A DNA stretch of 63,945 nt, filler included, from Octopus bimaculoides (GCF_001194135.2; 3 parts of 3 records of this genome joined end to end with filler, not necessarily neighbours in it), one strand, 5' to 3'; positions 35,757 to 50,304 are shown, numbered from the whole stretch's first letter. A program made the numbers and translations. The notes: generated by a model not told the origin, from the sequence alone.

Positions 35757-37036
35757 AAAAGATAATCGTTTATTCTTTTGTCATCTCATTTTCTTATAAC
35801 CGCTCGGTACTCGACTAACGCTTTGTTGTGAAGCATATGCATATTGAGTTCTACACCAAGTTATTAGTCTCGCAATGCCTAAGTGAAATATATGCGCAAA
35901 AACAATATCACGTACTAATGTAGGGATGGATAAAGAGCCGCTATGATTAGACAACCTGACGCACTGGCTCTCTGTGGATGAGAACGATCTGTTCACTTCT
36001 TGCGGTCAGTCCAGTGCAAATAGTGTTGTGGTGATGTGTCAGAAACTCTTTGGAACGAGCATTTTCTTTCTTTCTTTCTTTTCCCATATATCCCGGAAGT
36101 AGGTTGGTAATGACTTACTTTTGTGTCCTGGACATCAATGTTTTGAAACTGACCTATTTTCTATTACATTTCAGACAGATTCAGCGCTGAGTTGCTGAAG
36201 TAGAAATATCGTTAAAGCAAATATTCTGCTCAATAAATACTAAAGATTTGCTTGTCAGTTGCTTGACTTTACCACTTAAGCATGTCCCTTAGTGGCTGAC
36301 AAAATGTGCATCTCTGATCACGAGCAGAAGTAGTGGGGGAGCATCATAGCCATGTGTTGAGAGGGATTCGTTGGGGTTTGAATAAATGTAGCAAAAGCAA
36401 AGTTTGAAGGCAATATTAGTCAGCGTTCATACTTTTGTAGGTGTAAGTGAATAAGAAATAACAGTTGCTACCCAAGGACAAAAATCACGTTACGCAGTGT
36501 TATCAGCGTAGCATTATGTTCAGAAGTGTATAAATATTACTTGTCTTTAAGACAAGTCCCAGAATCACTTCGACTTTAGCATTTAACATTACCATTTATA
36601 AACTGGAAGAAAAACATGGAAATGACATAATGAATAGCCTATGCTATGCGGCTGGTTCTTATGATTAAAGAAAAAAAAATGGTAGAAAACTAAGAAAGAC
36701 GCTCTAGTAAAAACACAGTGTGAGGCCAAAAGATTTTGAATAAAATACCGAACACTTTTTTTTAGTGGAAAGTAAAATATTGTAGAGCTGAGTTTCATTC
36801 TAGATAAGTCAATATAAGTTAAGTCAAAGCTCAAAACGGCAGTGTTTCATTAGTTGCTTTGTTATAATATTACAATTCAAATTCCGCCGAGAGTGACTTT
36901 GTCTTTCATCCTTTCGGAATCGATAAAATAAGTACCTGTTGAGTACTGGGGTCGATGCAATCGACTTATTCCTCCTCTAAAATTGCTGGCCTTGTGCCAA
37001 AATTTGAAGCAATCATTATTATTATTATTATTATTA

Positions 37037-37247
37037 GAGCAGTGAGCTGGCAGAATCGTTAGTTACCACGCCGGGCGAAATGCTTAGCGGCATTTCGTCC
37101 GTCTTTACGTTCTGAGTTCAAATTCCGCCGAGGTCGACTTTGCCTTTCATTCTTTTGGGGTCGATAAATTAAGTACCAGTCAAGCCCTGGGGTCAATGTA
37201 ATCGACTATGCTCAAAATTGCTGGCCTTGTGGCAAAATTTGAAACCA

Positions 37248-37248
<1 letters not shown>
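37037..37248 (+). mobile_element. SINE family A, full copy (preceded by a partial copy at about 36870-37015)
   Basis: A-box-like TGGCAGAATCGTTAG and B box GTTCAAATTCC, then gaggtcgactttgcctttc...gtcgataaattaagtacc, with (TTA)n flanks. Confidence 0.85.
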
Positions 37249-37284
<36 letters not shown>

Positions 37285-37329
37285 CATCATCATATCGTCT
37301 TTGCACAGCTTCTAACGCTTCTACGTCAG

Positions 37330-37570
37330 CTGTTCACTACCAGTGATCTAAGGTAGCATCCCTTATTTTTCGAGCATCATCCGGAGTATTTGAGCCGTTC
37401 CAAGCAGTGCTGTTTTCTGCAAGTGCTCTACCCTTATTGCAGCCCCTATTTGTTCCATGTACTTCTCACAATTTTTACTCACTGTTCCTAGGGCTCCGAC
37501 AATTATTGGTACTACTACCAATTTTTTCAGCGACCACAACTGCTACCTTTATATGCTGCATCTACGGATT
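37330..37570 (-). mobile_element. R4/Dong-like non-LTR element C-terminal fragment
   Basis: Minus strand reads EHLQKTALLGTAQILRMMLEK*, the QKxALLGTAxILR terminal motif of RLE-type LINEs. Confidence 0.7.
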
Positions 37571-37670
37571 GCATCTATAGTGTGACATCACGTGTTACCG
37601 AATACTGAAATATATGTAGCGTATGAAATAAAGAACCAAGTTCAAGTCCACGTTCTCTTCTCTCTCTCTG

Positions 37671-37710
<40 letters not shown>

Positions 37711-38028
37711 ACACACACTTATAGATATATATGTATGAGAGAGCGAGAGATAAACAGAGAGTGTGTGTGTCAAATTAGTTACCTTATATACTTTAGTTGG
37801 TTGACTTATTTATTTTGGGTTTTACTCTTCTTTTTTAGTATCTCCATTTTAGACTAATCTCGTCTCTAACAAGTTCAAGGGTTCAGGGGTCTACAATAAA
37901 TCAATGTATTGCAGAAACATTTTGGGTCAATATCAGTTGCTGGCGTTCAATCCCAAGCGTAGTTACACGGATATCAGTTGCATATCTAACATTCTTTCCG
38001 ATTCTGATCGTTACTAAGAAAGTGGTAT

Positions 38029-38063
<35 letters not shown>

Positions 38064-39849
38064 AAAGAAAAAGAGAAAGCATCACGTTCCTACATCTATT
38101 CTTTTTACCTTGCCATTCTGTCGCTGTCTTCAATTTACTTTTGAAATTTCCTTTGGGAAAGAAGTAAAATAAAACAAACAAAAACAAATGATGTTATCAG
38201 ATAAAATAATTGACCTGTAAACTTGAAAATAAACAAACGGCACGTCATTTGCTCTCCGTGTTTAAATCCTGAGATTAACTTTGTGAAAGAAGCAAACTGG
38301 TTTTAACAACAATAACAACAAAATATGGTAGCAGAAACAGTAACAACGATGACAACACAAACTGGTGAGGAAACAAAAACAATCACAGTTAGAATAAGAA
38401 CAACCTTTACAAATAACCAAACAATCGTCCCAGTGGCAAATACAAATAAAAAAAGAAGAAAAGCAATAAAGATAGTCTTAAAACAACAGCAATAACATAC
38501 GGTGAAAAGGAGAAACAATAAAAACAAACAAGAAAAACAATAAAACAACAAATAAGAAATAGCAAAATGTTAATTAAGTAGAGACGCTGTTGGTAAAATC
38601 GGTAAAGCGTCAGCCGAAAAGCTAGCGGAATTTAATGATGTTCCTATATACTGTCTGCGTTCATATCCAATCGGGCATGACTCAAATAACGGAGCTGATA
38701 TTATCAAATGTTCCCTTCCTACGGCGGTTGATTGGCAGATTCGTTAGTGTGGCGAACAAAAAGAGCCTGGCGATTCTTTACACTCTGAGTCCAAACGTCG
38801 CCGAAGGCATCTTTGCTTTCATCCTTCCGGGATAGTCGAATATTGGAAACGATATACTCAACTCCCGCCTCCAACAAATTTTTGTAAAAATTAATATTAT
38901 CATAATTATGGCACTCAGGTAAAAATCATTATAAGATAAGTGGGTTTTAGTTCAAACCTCACCAGGGTCAATTTTACCTTTATTTCTCCTGATATACATT
39001 GTTAAATAGTGGAGCTGTTGGATTAAATGTCAATACTTTATTGATGTAGGTTTCATTTAATGTTTTTGGTTTGATGTTTCGTCTGTTTGTTGTACAAAAT
39101 GTGTTGTATGAGTTATTTTATTGGATGGTGATTTTGTTACGCATGCGTTGTTATATAGTTGCAATATAGTGTTGGCCATGAATGCCATGAGCTGAGTACT
39201 AGGTATGTGTGGAATATTCAGAGGTGATTGTACAGAATGTGTACTACATGAGTTGATCTATTGAATTTATGTTGAGTAGCGCGATGTCTTGATGCGATCA
39301 TTTTCACTGTATTTTGCTTTATGCGGTACCGCTGTTTGAGGCTCACCGTCAGATAGACACGAACCTCGTTCCATGAGTAACGCCTCGAGGGGCTTCCTTA
39401 TCAGCGGGTGAATAACTGTCTACCTTCTTCGCTCCCAGTTTGTAACTTGTAACTCCTGGCGAATACAGGATTTCGAAAGACCCACCTTGCAGCAATATTC
39501 CCTGCTGGGTTACAGAGATTATCAAAGTGGTGTTCAACGACAACTCATAAGTGACTGTTTCTCCTCACCCTTTCACCACCAAAACAATATCAAATAATCA
39601 ATAAAAAGAAGTCTCCCTAATCTATCAGACAATTTTATTTTCTATATACAAACATCTATTATCTCAGATCCAATCTGGATCACATCCATCACCTCTTAAA
39701 AACATGAAACTTAAAAACAAGCGAGCTAATTGGTCGGAACTATTTTTACGATATCTCTGGCAGAATATGTAATTCACCCCTGACCAAATTTATCAAATAA
39801 TCGAAATCATCTGACCAGCTATTCAAATAGTCGAAACCATCTTCTCAAA

Positions 39850-40700
39850 CATATCTTTTCGCATACCTTACACACCAGAACCCATAAACACAGCCATAAT
39901 GACTTTCTCTGCTGTAGTGCTATAGAGAAAGCTTCTGCATTTAGTGCCCCTACTATTCTAGCATCACGTTGCACATCTAATATTTTTTCTACACGTCTTT
40001 TTGTCTTATAATTTCCTGGTTCACCTTAGCTACTCTAAACAACCTTACATCCCTTTCCAATATCTATTTGTATATTGGTGGCAAAACAAGTTATTCGTCT
40101 GTAGTTTGATGCTCTTATCGTTGGGAATCATTATTGTTTTCTCCTCAAGTAAGCTACCATTCTGGCCTGCTTAATAATTCATTGAAGCCTGTTACTATAG
40201 AATCAGAAATATATTAGTCAGAAATTGGGGACTTTGCCAGTTCCAGGTGCTTTCCAGTAGATTGCAGTTTTTATCGTGTTGTTGACTTCCTCGTTACTTA
40301 TGATCGGCCATACTTGCTGTATTATTGCGTTTTCTTTACTCCCTTCCTTCTTATTCATTATGGTCTTTAACTGTGCTAAATACTTTCGTTCCACATTTTC
40401 TCCCAATACTTATTAATTTCTATTGATGTTGCAATGTTCACTAATGTTGTTTTCTTTGTCTTGAAGTTCCTGTAAATTATTTTACTAGTTATTTCCTATA
40501 CCTTTTTCTTCTAAAAGGAGTTCTCGCGGCATGACATTGCTGTTATGATTTGCTTAATCCTGTTTTTCTCTTTCAGAATTTCTTCTCTTTTATTAATGTT
40601 ATATTGCTTCCTTTCTCTTTTACAGAACAGAACGTCTTCCTTTCTGTTCCCCTAAGAAAGGATAGGTATTTCCGTTTTGTAGCTCATCAAATGAAATGCT
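39850..40700 (-). mobile_element. Decayed R4/Dong-like LINE RT fragment
   Basis: ORF 40218-40406 ISNEEVNNTIKTAIYWKAPGTGKVPNF resembles the IxxEEV...WKAPGxDxIxNFW pre-RT motif. Downstream is broken. Confidence 0.6.
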
Positions 40701-40974
40701 TTACAATATTTGTTTCAATTCAGTGCTCTTGGTTCAACTCTTGCCACGGTCTACTTTCCCTTTCGTCCTTTCAGGTTCAATAAACTAAAGCACCAGTCGA
40801 GTACTGTGTAGATAAAATCGACTAATTCCTTCCTTTTAAAGACGACTGGCCTTGTGCCTAAATTAGAAACAAATATTAATATTATTGACGAGTAAAGCCC
40901 CTTTAGGTCATGAATTACCATGGGATTGCACCTAGAAAGTCCGGTCATGATTGTTTATGGAAGACCAGCAATAC

Positions 40975-41172
40975 CCCAGTAGTCGCCCAGGGAAAGGCAA
41001 AGGTCGATACAGCTTGGCACCAGTGACGTCGCAACTCATTTCTACAGCTGCCTAAACTGGAGAAACGTGAAATAAAGTGTCTTACTCAAGAACAAAAAAT
41101 ACAGCCAGGTCCGGAAATCGAACTCATTACCTCCTGATTGTCAGCCCGACGTTCTAACCACTGAGCAATGCG
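40975..41172 (-). mobile_element. tRNA-derived SINE (another family)
   Basis: Minus strand: GGCGCATTGCTCAGTGGTTAGAAC...CTGACAA...GAGTTCGATTTCC, then gttcttgagtaagacactttatttcacg. The acceptor stem does not close, so it is not a tRNA gene. Confidence 0.75.
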
Positions 41173-41179
41173 CCTTTAT

Positions 41180-41345
<166 letters not shown>

Positions 41346-41409
41346 GGTTTGGCTCAGGTTTGGTCTTATTCCTGGTAGAATTTGCATGGGTAGCGGGTCA
41401 CTACGTATA

Positions 41410-41520
41410 ACCTTATGTATCTACAAGTTTCAGCAGTCTTTCATGTGCTTAGAGCCTTCCTGATAATCTTTGCTGTCCCTAAGAGACAAACTTTCTGTTG
41501 GAGCTCTACCAGGCATTCTA
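41410..41520 (-). mobile_element. R4/Dong-like C-terminal fragment
   Basis: Minus strand ECLVELQQKVCLLGTAKIIRKALST*. Confidence 0.6.
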
Positions 41521-41559
41521 TTGTACATTCAGTCTGTCAATCGCTTCTGTACACTTTTG

Positions 41560-42720
41560 CTCTTGAGCTACAACTCCAAAAGCTGAATGTTTTAACGCAT
41601 GTGCCACAACTCGAGCGGGGACACAGGATTGCTGTATCGGCCTGCTCAGAAGACGTTACCATTGGGGTGCCGAACACACCAGAAATCAAGGTAGTCTGCA
41701 CTATAATGAAGGACTATGATCTAGCAACAGGAGTAAAAATTAAAGAGGACGAGTTGGGCACCTGAAGAGGTGAATTCATGTCAGCAAGCGGCAGTGTCGT
41801 CTGTCGATGACTGCTGGTTTGTTAAGGTGCTTGGAATCTGGTTTGGCCCAAGACATTCCGGTGGGTAAGATCTGAGTCGAGGCTGCAAGTAAGACCTCAC
41901 TTAGAAATGGGTTAAGAAGATGCCATTTCTGAGATGTCAGGTAAAGATGGCGAACGCTTACCTTTCGTCTGTTATATAGTATCCCCTGACCGTGGAGTCT
42001 TGCCCTAAGTTTCATCTGACCAATTTGGAACGTCTGAGTTTTCATTTCATGTGGAGGAGTTGGGCTCTCCTGATAGAAGGTCTAACTACTGTCATCAACG
42101 TATGCACCGAGGGCTCGGTATTCCCTGGTTGATAATTCACATGCGTGTAATGATATACTGCGATAGTTGCAAATGTTTTTAGATGGTGAGCAAGTGTGAT
42201 TGCCGTTTGTGAAGCGCCTTAACCCTACAGCGCGTGGAAATACAATCTGATAGAAATACAATCTGAATCAAGTGTACGTCTGGCATCTGGAATGCCATCA
42301 GGTACTCACGATCTTCAACTAGTTGGGCAGTTTGCCACGTTCTCATAAAGACGTTTGGCATCGGAAACTGACTAAGTAGCTTATTCACAAAAACTTTCGG
42401 TTCAGGTACTATGGACAATTTCCAGAAATGCATTTGTCTGGAAGTGCTGATTGCACTATTTATGGTCCAGTGGTCCAAGATTATCATGCACACTAAAGTG
42501 CCGTCAGTTGAGCCTGTCCGAGGTGCATGGAGAGCGACAAAATATTTCTTCGTGCATTGGTTCAGTGTCCGAGTAATGTTGACAAGTGTAACAATGTGAA
42601 ACAACTACTGAAGCGCGTGAGATGAATCTGATTGAGAACAAAGCTTTATGTCGTCCACCGATTAAGCGCTGATCAATTTCTTCAAGTATCTCTTGAAATG
42701 GTGAAGGTGGAGAAGGAGGT
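41560..42720 (-). mobile_element. Decayed R2/NeSL-like (restriction-like endonuclease) LINE fragment
   Basis: Frameshifted segments LRARLHGQGIL...PFLSEV...CR and a post-RT region. Higher GC than the flanks. Confidence 0.45.
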
Positions 42721-44797
42721 TTTACCCACGAGGAAATTTATTATTAGAAATTATAAGAAAGCTACCCTTTACATTTTGCCTGGATGTCGCAGTGGGGAGA
42801 GATAAGTTACTCCGAGAGCAAGGTGTACAAGATATTTGCATGTTCTCAGCCTCTGTATGTCGGGATTCTGCGTCATGTGTAGGTGTCTTCGTTTGTTTTG
42901 TTTTATATTTTTATTGAATTCTAATCTGTTTTTCATGTCGTATGACAATTTTCCTCTTCCCTAAAGTATCGTGTATACATTATTATTTTTACTTCTTTTC
43001 TCACAGTAAATTGATTGACCTGAATTGATTACTAAAAACAAAAACCAGCTCTTGACATTATAGCACGCTTTCATATATCGAAGATAAAGTAATAAATAAA
43101 AGAGCAATATATTAACGGTGTGACAAATAAAGGACAGTTCTAATGTCACATAATAGAAAGAGTAATAACCAACATAAATCTCTATAGAAAGGGGTTTTCA
43201 AGACATCTCGATTTCCACCATCCTTTCTTTAACTAGTAATTAATTAGTTGGAATTGAACCGTCTTCAACCACAAATGTCATAGGTAATCTCTAAATTATT
43301 TCCTACTCATGAATAGCTTAGTTACAGTAGTATACAAGAGTTAACAATCAGATGTCAATAAAAGAGCTTAGCAAAAGCAGAAAAATAAACTCCGGTTAGG
43401 AGAACTATACCGAAGACAACTCGATCTTTTTTCGAAAACATAATTTGAATTGTACACTTTAAATGCAGAAACTAAGGAATTAGAATCCAGAACATTCATG
43501 TGAACATTTGCGACTTATAGTTCATGTAAGTAAGACGTTTAAAAAGAATATTTACGAATGAATTAAGCCATAAATAAATAAATACAAAACTCAAAGCTAT
43601 ATTGATATACTTACTACTCTGGTAATAGATATCAGTTTCAAAATAATATGCAAGAAGGTGATTTGGTTGATACTGTTTCGAACTTCTTAATCGTGATATC
43701 TTCACTTTTATTTCATTTTTGTTTTTTTCCTCTTTTCAAAAAAAAAAATGGTCCGTTTCTTTTTTCCCAAGCATCCCAAACACCATTTAAGAATATAGCA
43801 TAAGTTAAGGCCCAAAGACCTAGCCTGACAGAACTAATGGTTATAGTGATATATTTAATTTGAAATACTTACAGGATGAAGTAGGAATCTTTTTAAGATC
43901 GAATCATATCAAATCGATGTGAGAAAAGATAAGACAATTGTAATTCTACAGAATAGAAAGAGTAGATTAATAAAGAGCAGATGGTAACACTATAAAAAAG
44001 AGCAGATGGTAAGCAATGGTAACACTATGAAATTGACGAGAATTTCGTTAGTTCCTCCTGTAGTAACGAGTTCTACTTTTGTGGATACAGCAGCTTGAAG
44101 AGAAATGTCAACTTGACTTAGCCAAAACACACTACATGAAAACGAGGCTTCAAGTGCTGTCTTTACAAATAATGAAATATGGCATTTATCAATATTTTCG
44201 AGGCACACAAAAGTTTCTAGTGGTCAGCGTTCTCTACCATATACTGAATGAAATGCAAATTACTATACCAAACTTAATTGAGGCAAAAATTCTCTCGTTC
44301 AAGTTCTCTCCAGGAGGTTTAAATATCAAATCATTTTACAATGGAAGACATTCTGTTACTTCAACACAAATTGCAACATTTACCTCCCAAAGGGGCAACT
44401 ACCATCATCACCGCCGCCGCCGCCACCACCACCACCACAACAGCAACAACAATAACAATAACTACAACGACGACAACAACAACGATAACAAACACACAGT
44501 GAAGAAGGAGTTTTGTTTCAATTGAAATCATTATAATGTAACTACAAATTAGTAGAAAAAGAGTACAAAATACTCATACAAGAACAAAGAAACAGAAATG
44601 CATATAACGAAAAAGAACATGATATATGGTGTCATATGAACTATTCACACTCAGGATTATAAAAAAATTTCGAGTTACTCAGTTGGTATCTATTTAATCA
44701 ATTATACATTTCAACAGATCGCCCTTATCTAGTCAAAATACTTCATTTTGTGTTGGCAGCCAACAATATTTTCTACTTACTTTCCAAAATAAATATT

Positions 44798-45007
44798 CTT
44801 TTCTACTCTAGGAACAAGGCCCGAAATTTTGGGGGAGGGACCAGTCGATTAGATTGACCCCAGTATGCAACTGGTGCCTAATTTATCGACCCCGAAAGGA
44901 TGAAAAGCAAAGTCGACCTCGGCGCAATTGGAATTCAGAACGTAAAGACAGACAAAATACCGCTAAACATTTCGCTCGGCGTGCTAACGTTTCTGCCCGC
45001 TCGCCGC
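44798..45007 (-). mobile_element. SINE family A copy with target-site duplication of about 22 bp
   Basis: Flanked by cttactttccaaaataaatatt (44776-44797) and cttactttcccaaataaatatt (45008-45029). Confidence 0.85.
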
Positions 45008-45147
45008 CTTACTTTCCCAAATAAATATTGTCCTTGTTTTATTTCATAATTTGATTTATTTATTGATTTGTTGTAATTTCAACAAATGATTTTGGCACTA
45101 CTTTGGAGTACGAGGGCTTCGCTGCAAGCAGCAACAGCCGCAGTAGC

Positions 45148-45219
<72 letters not shown>

Positions 45220-46355
45220 GGTGGGGGGTGATGGTGACGGCGGCGACAGTAGTAATTGCAGTAGTAGTAGTAATAGTATTAGCAACAGCAGCAGCAGCGG
45301 CGGCTAGTCGTGGCGACTGGGCACGATAGAGTGTTAACCTATAATCTTGTCCTTATCTAGCCACAATAAGCCCTTATCAAATAGATCTTTATATAATCAA
45401 AGGACTTTCGGCCTTGACAATTCATTCTTTCCTTCAGATATAGAATATCTAGGTCTATATGTGAGTAATTTGAGGGAGATATAGCTAATATTTTTAGCAA
45501 ACCGAGCGACTACTCAGACAATTTCTCGTTATCTTAACCTGTAGACTAGATATGTGTGCTGCTCTATATGCTTGAGATATTTTATTCTCAGTAATTTTAG
45601 TCTTCTGGTCGTATATAGGCATCATACAGAACTACCCGGCATAGGATAAAAAATCCAAGAGAATTTTTTCCTATCTGTAAATTTGGTCGCTGTGGGGATG
45701 GAAAAATGTTTGACAGAAAATCGTTTACATCTACAATGTCTAAACGAAAACTGATATCTACAATATCTGTCTGACCTTGTGTGACGAAAAGTTTGAGCAA
45801 ACTTGTTGATACATGCAATGCCTGTTTAATGCCTGATCAAAAGTCTGTTATATAAACTTGTTGCTTATGATATCTAACCAGGTCTCATACCTAAATCTGT
45901 CCAAACTTATTGATTATGATTTCTGCCAATGGAGATTCTGATCACTTTTCTCGGATTCCAAATTATATAAGAGAGAGTGTAAGTTTGTGCGTGGAAATAC
46001 CTGGGTTGGTGTCCAAGCGCGCGGTTGGCCCACTGGGAATGGGAAGCCCCTCTATTGTTGTCACAACATCTCTCTAAGAGAGGGAAACTCTGAGAGAAAA
46101 CCTGCGACACTGACAATATTCAGTGATGTACACTAGTTCTTCTTTCCGAATTTATGTTGTCCATGTTCAGAGAGTGGGACTGGATTTGTGCAAATACTTT
46201 CCTTACTATAAACAATCATCATGCACAGGCAACGCTTGTAAAAACGCAAGACCTATCACCAAAATGGTTGGCTGTAGCCTTTGCATGTGTGTGACTTTCG
46301 ATCAGGCAATGACAATACTCGAACACGAGTTTGCAGCCACTATACGCGCGCGCAC

Positions 46356-46391
<36 letters not shown>

Positions 46392-46875
46392 GGGGGGTGA
46401 GAAGTGTGTAGTGCTGTATGTGTGTTTAAGTGTACGCGTAATAGTGTTTCACCATGATAGATCGCAGACCACTACGTTTATATTTTTCTCTCTTTGTTTC
46501 TCTCCTTATTTCTTTCTGTGTTCCTTTCAGTTGAAGAGCGTAGGCTCGAAACGTCAAAGACTTTCTCTATTCCAGAGCGTTAAACTAATACATCCATTTG
46601 TTGTTTACACCACCTGTCTTCTTTTTTTTTTTTTTNNNNNNNNNNNNNNNNNNNNNNNNNNNNNNNNNNNNNNNNNNNNNNNNNNNNNNNNNNNNNNNNN
46701 NNNNNNNNNNNNNNNNNNNNNNNNNNNNNNNNNNNNNNNNNNNNNNNNNNNNNNNNNNNNNNNNNNNNNNNNNNNNGTGTGTGTATGCATATAAATATGT
46801 ATATGGGTATCAGTTTTTATGTTTAGCAGGTAGTTGTATGTTTGTCGATTCTTTTGTTTAAATTGTCTGTCAATA

Positions 46876-46918
<43 letters not shown>

Positions 46919-47854
46919 ATACGTGTGTGTTCACGCGCGCACAGGAATCTATGTCGGTTGGGCAAGTTAATCTTTCGTCAATTATACGCATCATTAATAT
47001 TTTCCGTAGGTGCGGGAGAAAGACTCGTTTCCCATGACAACAACTCCATCTATCTACAGTTAAACCCACTTTGTTTATAAAGCGTCACTAATCAAGATTT
47101 GGAAGATCAAAGTTCGTTTTTAGTATGGAACTCCCTATCTCTGTGTTCCCACCCAGGTCTGCGTCATGATCTCCACTGAAAGTGTTTTGTGTAAATGATA
47201 AATAAAGTGGGTGATTGAGAGAGGAGACGGAAAAAGGGGGGTTGGAACAGGTGGATGTCAAAATATGAAGAGGAAGATTGATTGATGTAAGGAAATAGGT
47301 AGTTAGAAAAAGTGGGATATATTAAGTAAGGAATGTATAAAACAGGAAAAAAGGAAGGAAGAGAGAAACAAAAAGAGAGTGATAGAGAGAGCATGAGGCC
47401 AAATATATAAACGAGTATAATAAAACGAAAGACAAAAAGAAAATGGAAATTAGCTTCTCCGTGTACCCGCCATCTGATACCAATAGGTGAGATATGAAGT
47501 GGTGTACATATCAGTCTATTATTATTTAACTGTGACTAAAGAGAACTAAAATCAAGGTTTATTTATATGTTTGCAGGTTCCAAACATTGTAAATAATAAC
47601 TTTATGCAGCAAATCCCTCCCACATTTATGCAACATCATAACCACTCAGTGTATAAAACTTAACATTAATACTACGTAGCATTCATTGTATATAGTATAA
47701 CTTTACAACTGTTTAAAATGCACCTCTTAGAGATGATATAATTCACCGTCGTATAAGGTGTAACATCATAATTATCGGACGCATGAAATACAATTAAGAA
47801 GTGTAATGGCTGTATAAGTTATTCCTTCCACAATAAGTACAATACCTGAAATTT

Positions 47855-48245
47855 TGTGAGAGGGACCAAGTCGATTACATCGATCCCAGCACTTGACTGG
47901 TACCTATTTCATCCACCGAGAAAGGATGAAAGGCGAAGTCGACTTCGGCGGAATTTAACCTCAGAACATAAAGCCATAAGAAATACTAAGCATTTTGTCT
48001 ATCATGCTAATGATTCTGCCAGTTGTATAAATAATCCTTTTTTTTTTTTTACTATAGGCACAAGGCCTGAATTTTTAGGAGAGGGAACTAGTGGATTACA
48101 TCAAACCCAATGCTCAATGGTACTTATTTCATTCGCCCCGAAAGAAAGAAGACGAAATTCGAACTCAATGTAAAGAGCCGGAAGAAATGTCGTGAAGCAT
48201 TTTGTTCGGCGCCGGTAACGGTTTTGCCAGTTGGCCACCTTAACG
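47855..48245 (-). mobile_element. Two tandem degenerate SINE family A copies
   Basis: Both carry gtcgattacatc...gatgaaaggcgaagtcgacttcggcgg / cgaactcaatgtaaag...gcattttgt. Confidence 0.7.
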
Positions 48246-48629
48246 GCTGTATAAATAATAAAGTGAATAGCTAGCACACACTAATGAATGTAACACCATG
48301 ACTAACGACTAACAACACAACATATAGGCACATAAATACAGAATGAAAAAGATAACTGCATAAAGAGCAAACTCTTAACCGTCCATATCTGGTCTATGTG
48401 CAAAGTGGCCAGATCAGGCCTCTCACACCTACCCTACAATGTCATTCTAAAAATAAACAATCACCTTATAGAAATCTCAAAACTACACAATAGTGCATGA
48501 TTAATTCAAAACAATGTGAATAAATAAGCCTTACATTTGACAAAGTAATCTGAATGCTAAAAGGTTAAGTATTTCACAAAGAATCTATATATCAAGATTT
48601 ATCTTCACAACTAACTTGAAGAATTTGTA

Positions 48630-48935
48630 GTCGAATGAATCGACCCCAGTATTTATTTTTTGGTAAGCTTGATACTTACTCTATCAGTGTCTTTTGCCGA
48701 ACCGCTAAGTTACAACAACACTGGTCGTCAAGCGGTAGCAGGAGGTGGGTTAAACACAGATATACAGAGATGTATACACGATGGGCTTCTTTCAGTTTCC
48801 GACTACCAAATCCATTCACAAGGCTTTGGTCGGCCTGAAGCTATATTAGAAGACACTTGCCCAAGGCGCCACGCAATGGGACTGAACCCGGAACCATGTG
48901 GTTGGGAAGTAAGCTTCTTACCACACAGCCACACC
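48630..48935 (-). mobile_element. SINE family B copy
   Basis: gaatcgaccccagtatt...ttttgccgaaccgctaagttac...gggcttctttcagtttccgactaccaaatcc...gggactgaacccggaaccatgtggttggg. Confidence 0.85.
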
Positions 48936-49215
48936 TATGCTATTCTAATGAATTAATGACAAACGAAGCTCGGTATACAGAATATTTGTAAGATATTTTT
49001 CATTGGGTACCAAAAATTCTTCAATAAATGAATATTTAGTGCAGATAAGATTTGTAGAAGAAATAAAGATAGTTTTAGAGCAAGGAATGAAGGTTTGTTA
49101 TTATTATTATTATTATTGTTCAGTAGTTTTATTTTTATAACGTGCTTTCACTTCACTACCGAGCGCAGCTCTGCGCCTTGGGTATGTGCTGTGGTTTGCT
49201 GTGGTGCTCTTATGT

Positions 49216-49430
49216 TTACTGTATTGAAAGTGTTTTGCGTAGAATGTGTGCAGTACCCAGTAGTGCAATTTTCTGTATGTTATATATATTTGTAAGTCCT
49301 GGTGTTTTTGTTATGTATTTGTCTGAATATTTTTTTATTATACCTAAGGCACCTACTATGATAGGAATTGTATCTGTTTTTAGATTCCACATTCGAGTTA
49401 TCTCTATTTCCAGGTCTTTGTATTTTATTA

Positions 49431-49434
<4 letters not shown>
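49216..49434 (-). mobile_element. R4/Dong-like LINE 3' end (RLE C-terminus), short intact ORF
   Basis: KYKDLEIEITRMWNLKTDTIPIIVGALG...IQKIALLGTAHILRKTLSIQ*: KxxKYxDL and QKxALLGTAxILR motifs. Confidence 0.85.
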
Positions 49435-49464
<30 letters not shown>

Positions 49465-50265
49465 CGATTACATTAGCCTATGATTGATCAAATTCAGTAT
49501 CTTCTGACCTTCATGATTCTTGTTATCGTTCAATAATTAGAAGTGAGTGAAGACTATTGTTAAAATGTATGACTCTAGGTAAAGCTAAACCTGGATAACT
49601 GAAGAATGTCAAAGGGAATTGGAAAACCTCATAGGGGAAAATCGAATGGTTGTCATGCAACAGATAACAATAAACACCGAGGTTTTTGGTGCCTTTAGGG
49701 AGCATTCGATTCAGGTATCGTACCTGAAGATAAGTTCCTTTTTTCAACAGTGTCGGTGACTTTGAAAAGAGCTAAAGACGTTGCACACTGAGTCATAATA
49801 AATAACTCGTGCGAAGTGGAACGCAAGTAAATTGTATATGTACGAAAACGCATTGTAAGTAAAAATTGTTCTTGTCATAAATCGCTTAATTTTTTTTTCT
49901 GTCATTGTCCTTGTCTATTCGTTTTTTCGTTGTATATAAATTTATTCCGTTCTCTTCATATCTCGTCTTCATTTTCCTTTCAGACTAAAAATCTCAACCT
50001 ATCTTGTTATTGTATTTGACTGATATTTTTTTCCTGTTCGTGTCTGTCATTTTCTTGTTCATGTCTGTCCACTTATTTATATATCCCAGTAGTTTATGTT
50101 GCTGATACCGCCAAATAAGACAAAATTATCATAGATATGGAAATTGTGCTGATATTTAGTCAATAACTCAAGAGGGAATAAGCATGCCTACGCCTGTTGT
50201 ATGTTTTTCCTGCATTATGTATGTTTCCTTCTTCCCCCTCTGTACCAGATTTTTTTGTTCACATT

Positions 50266-50304
<39 letters not shown>

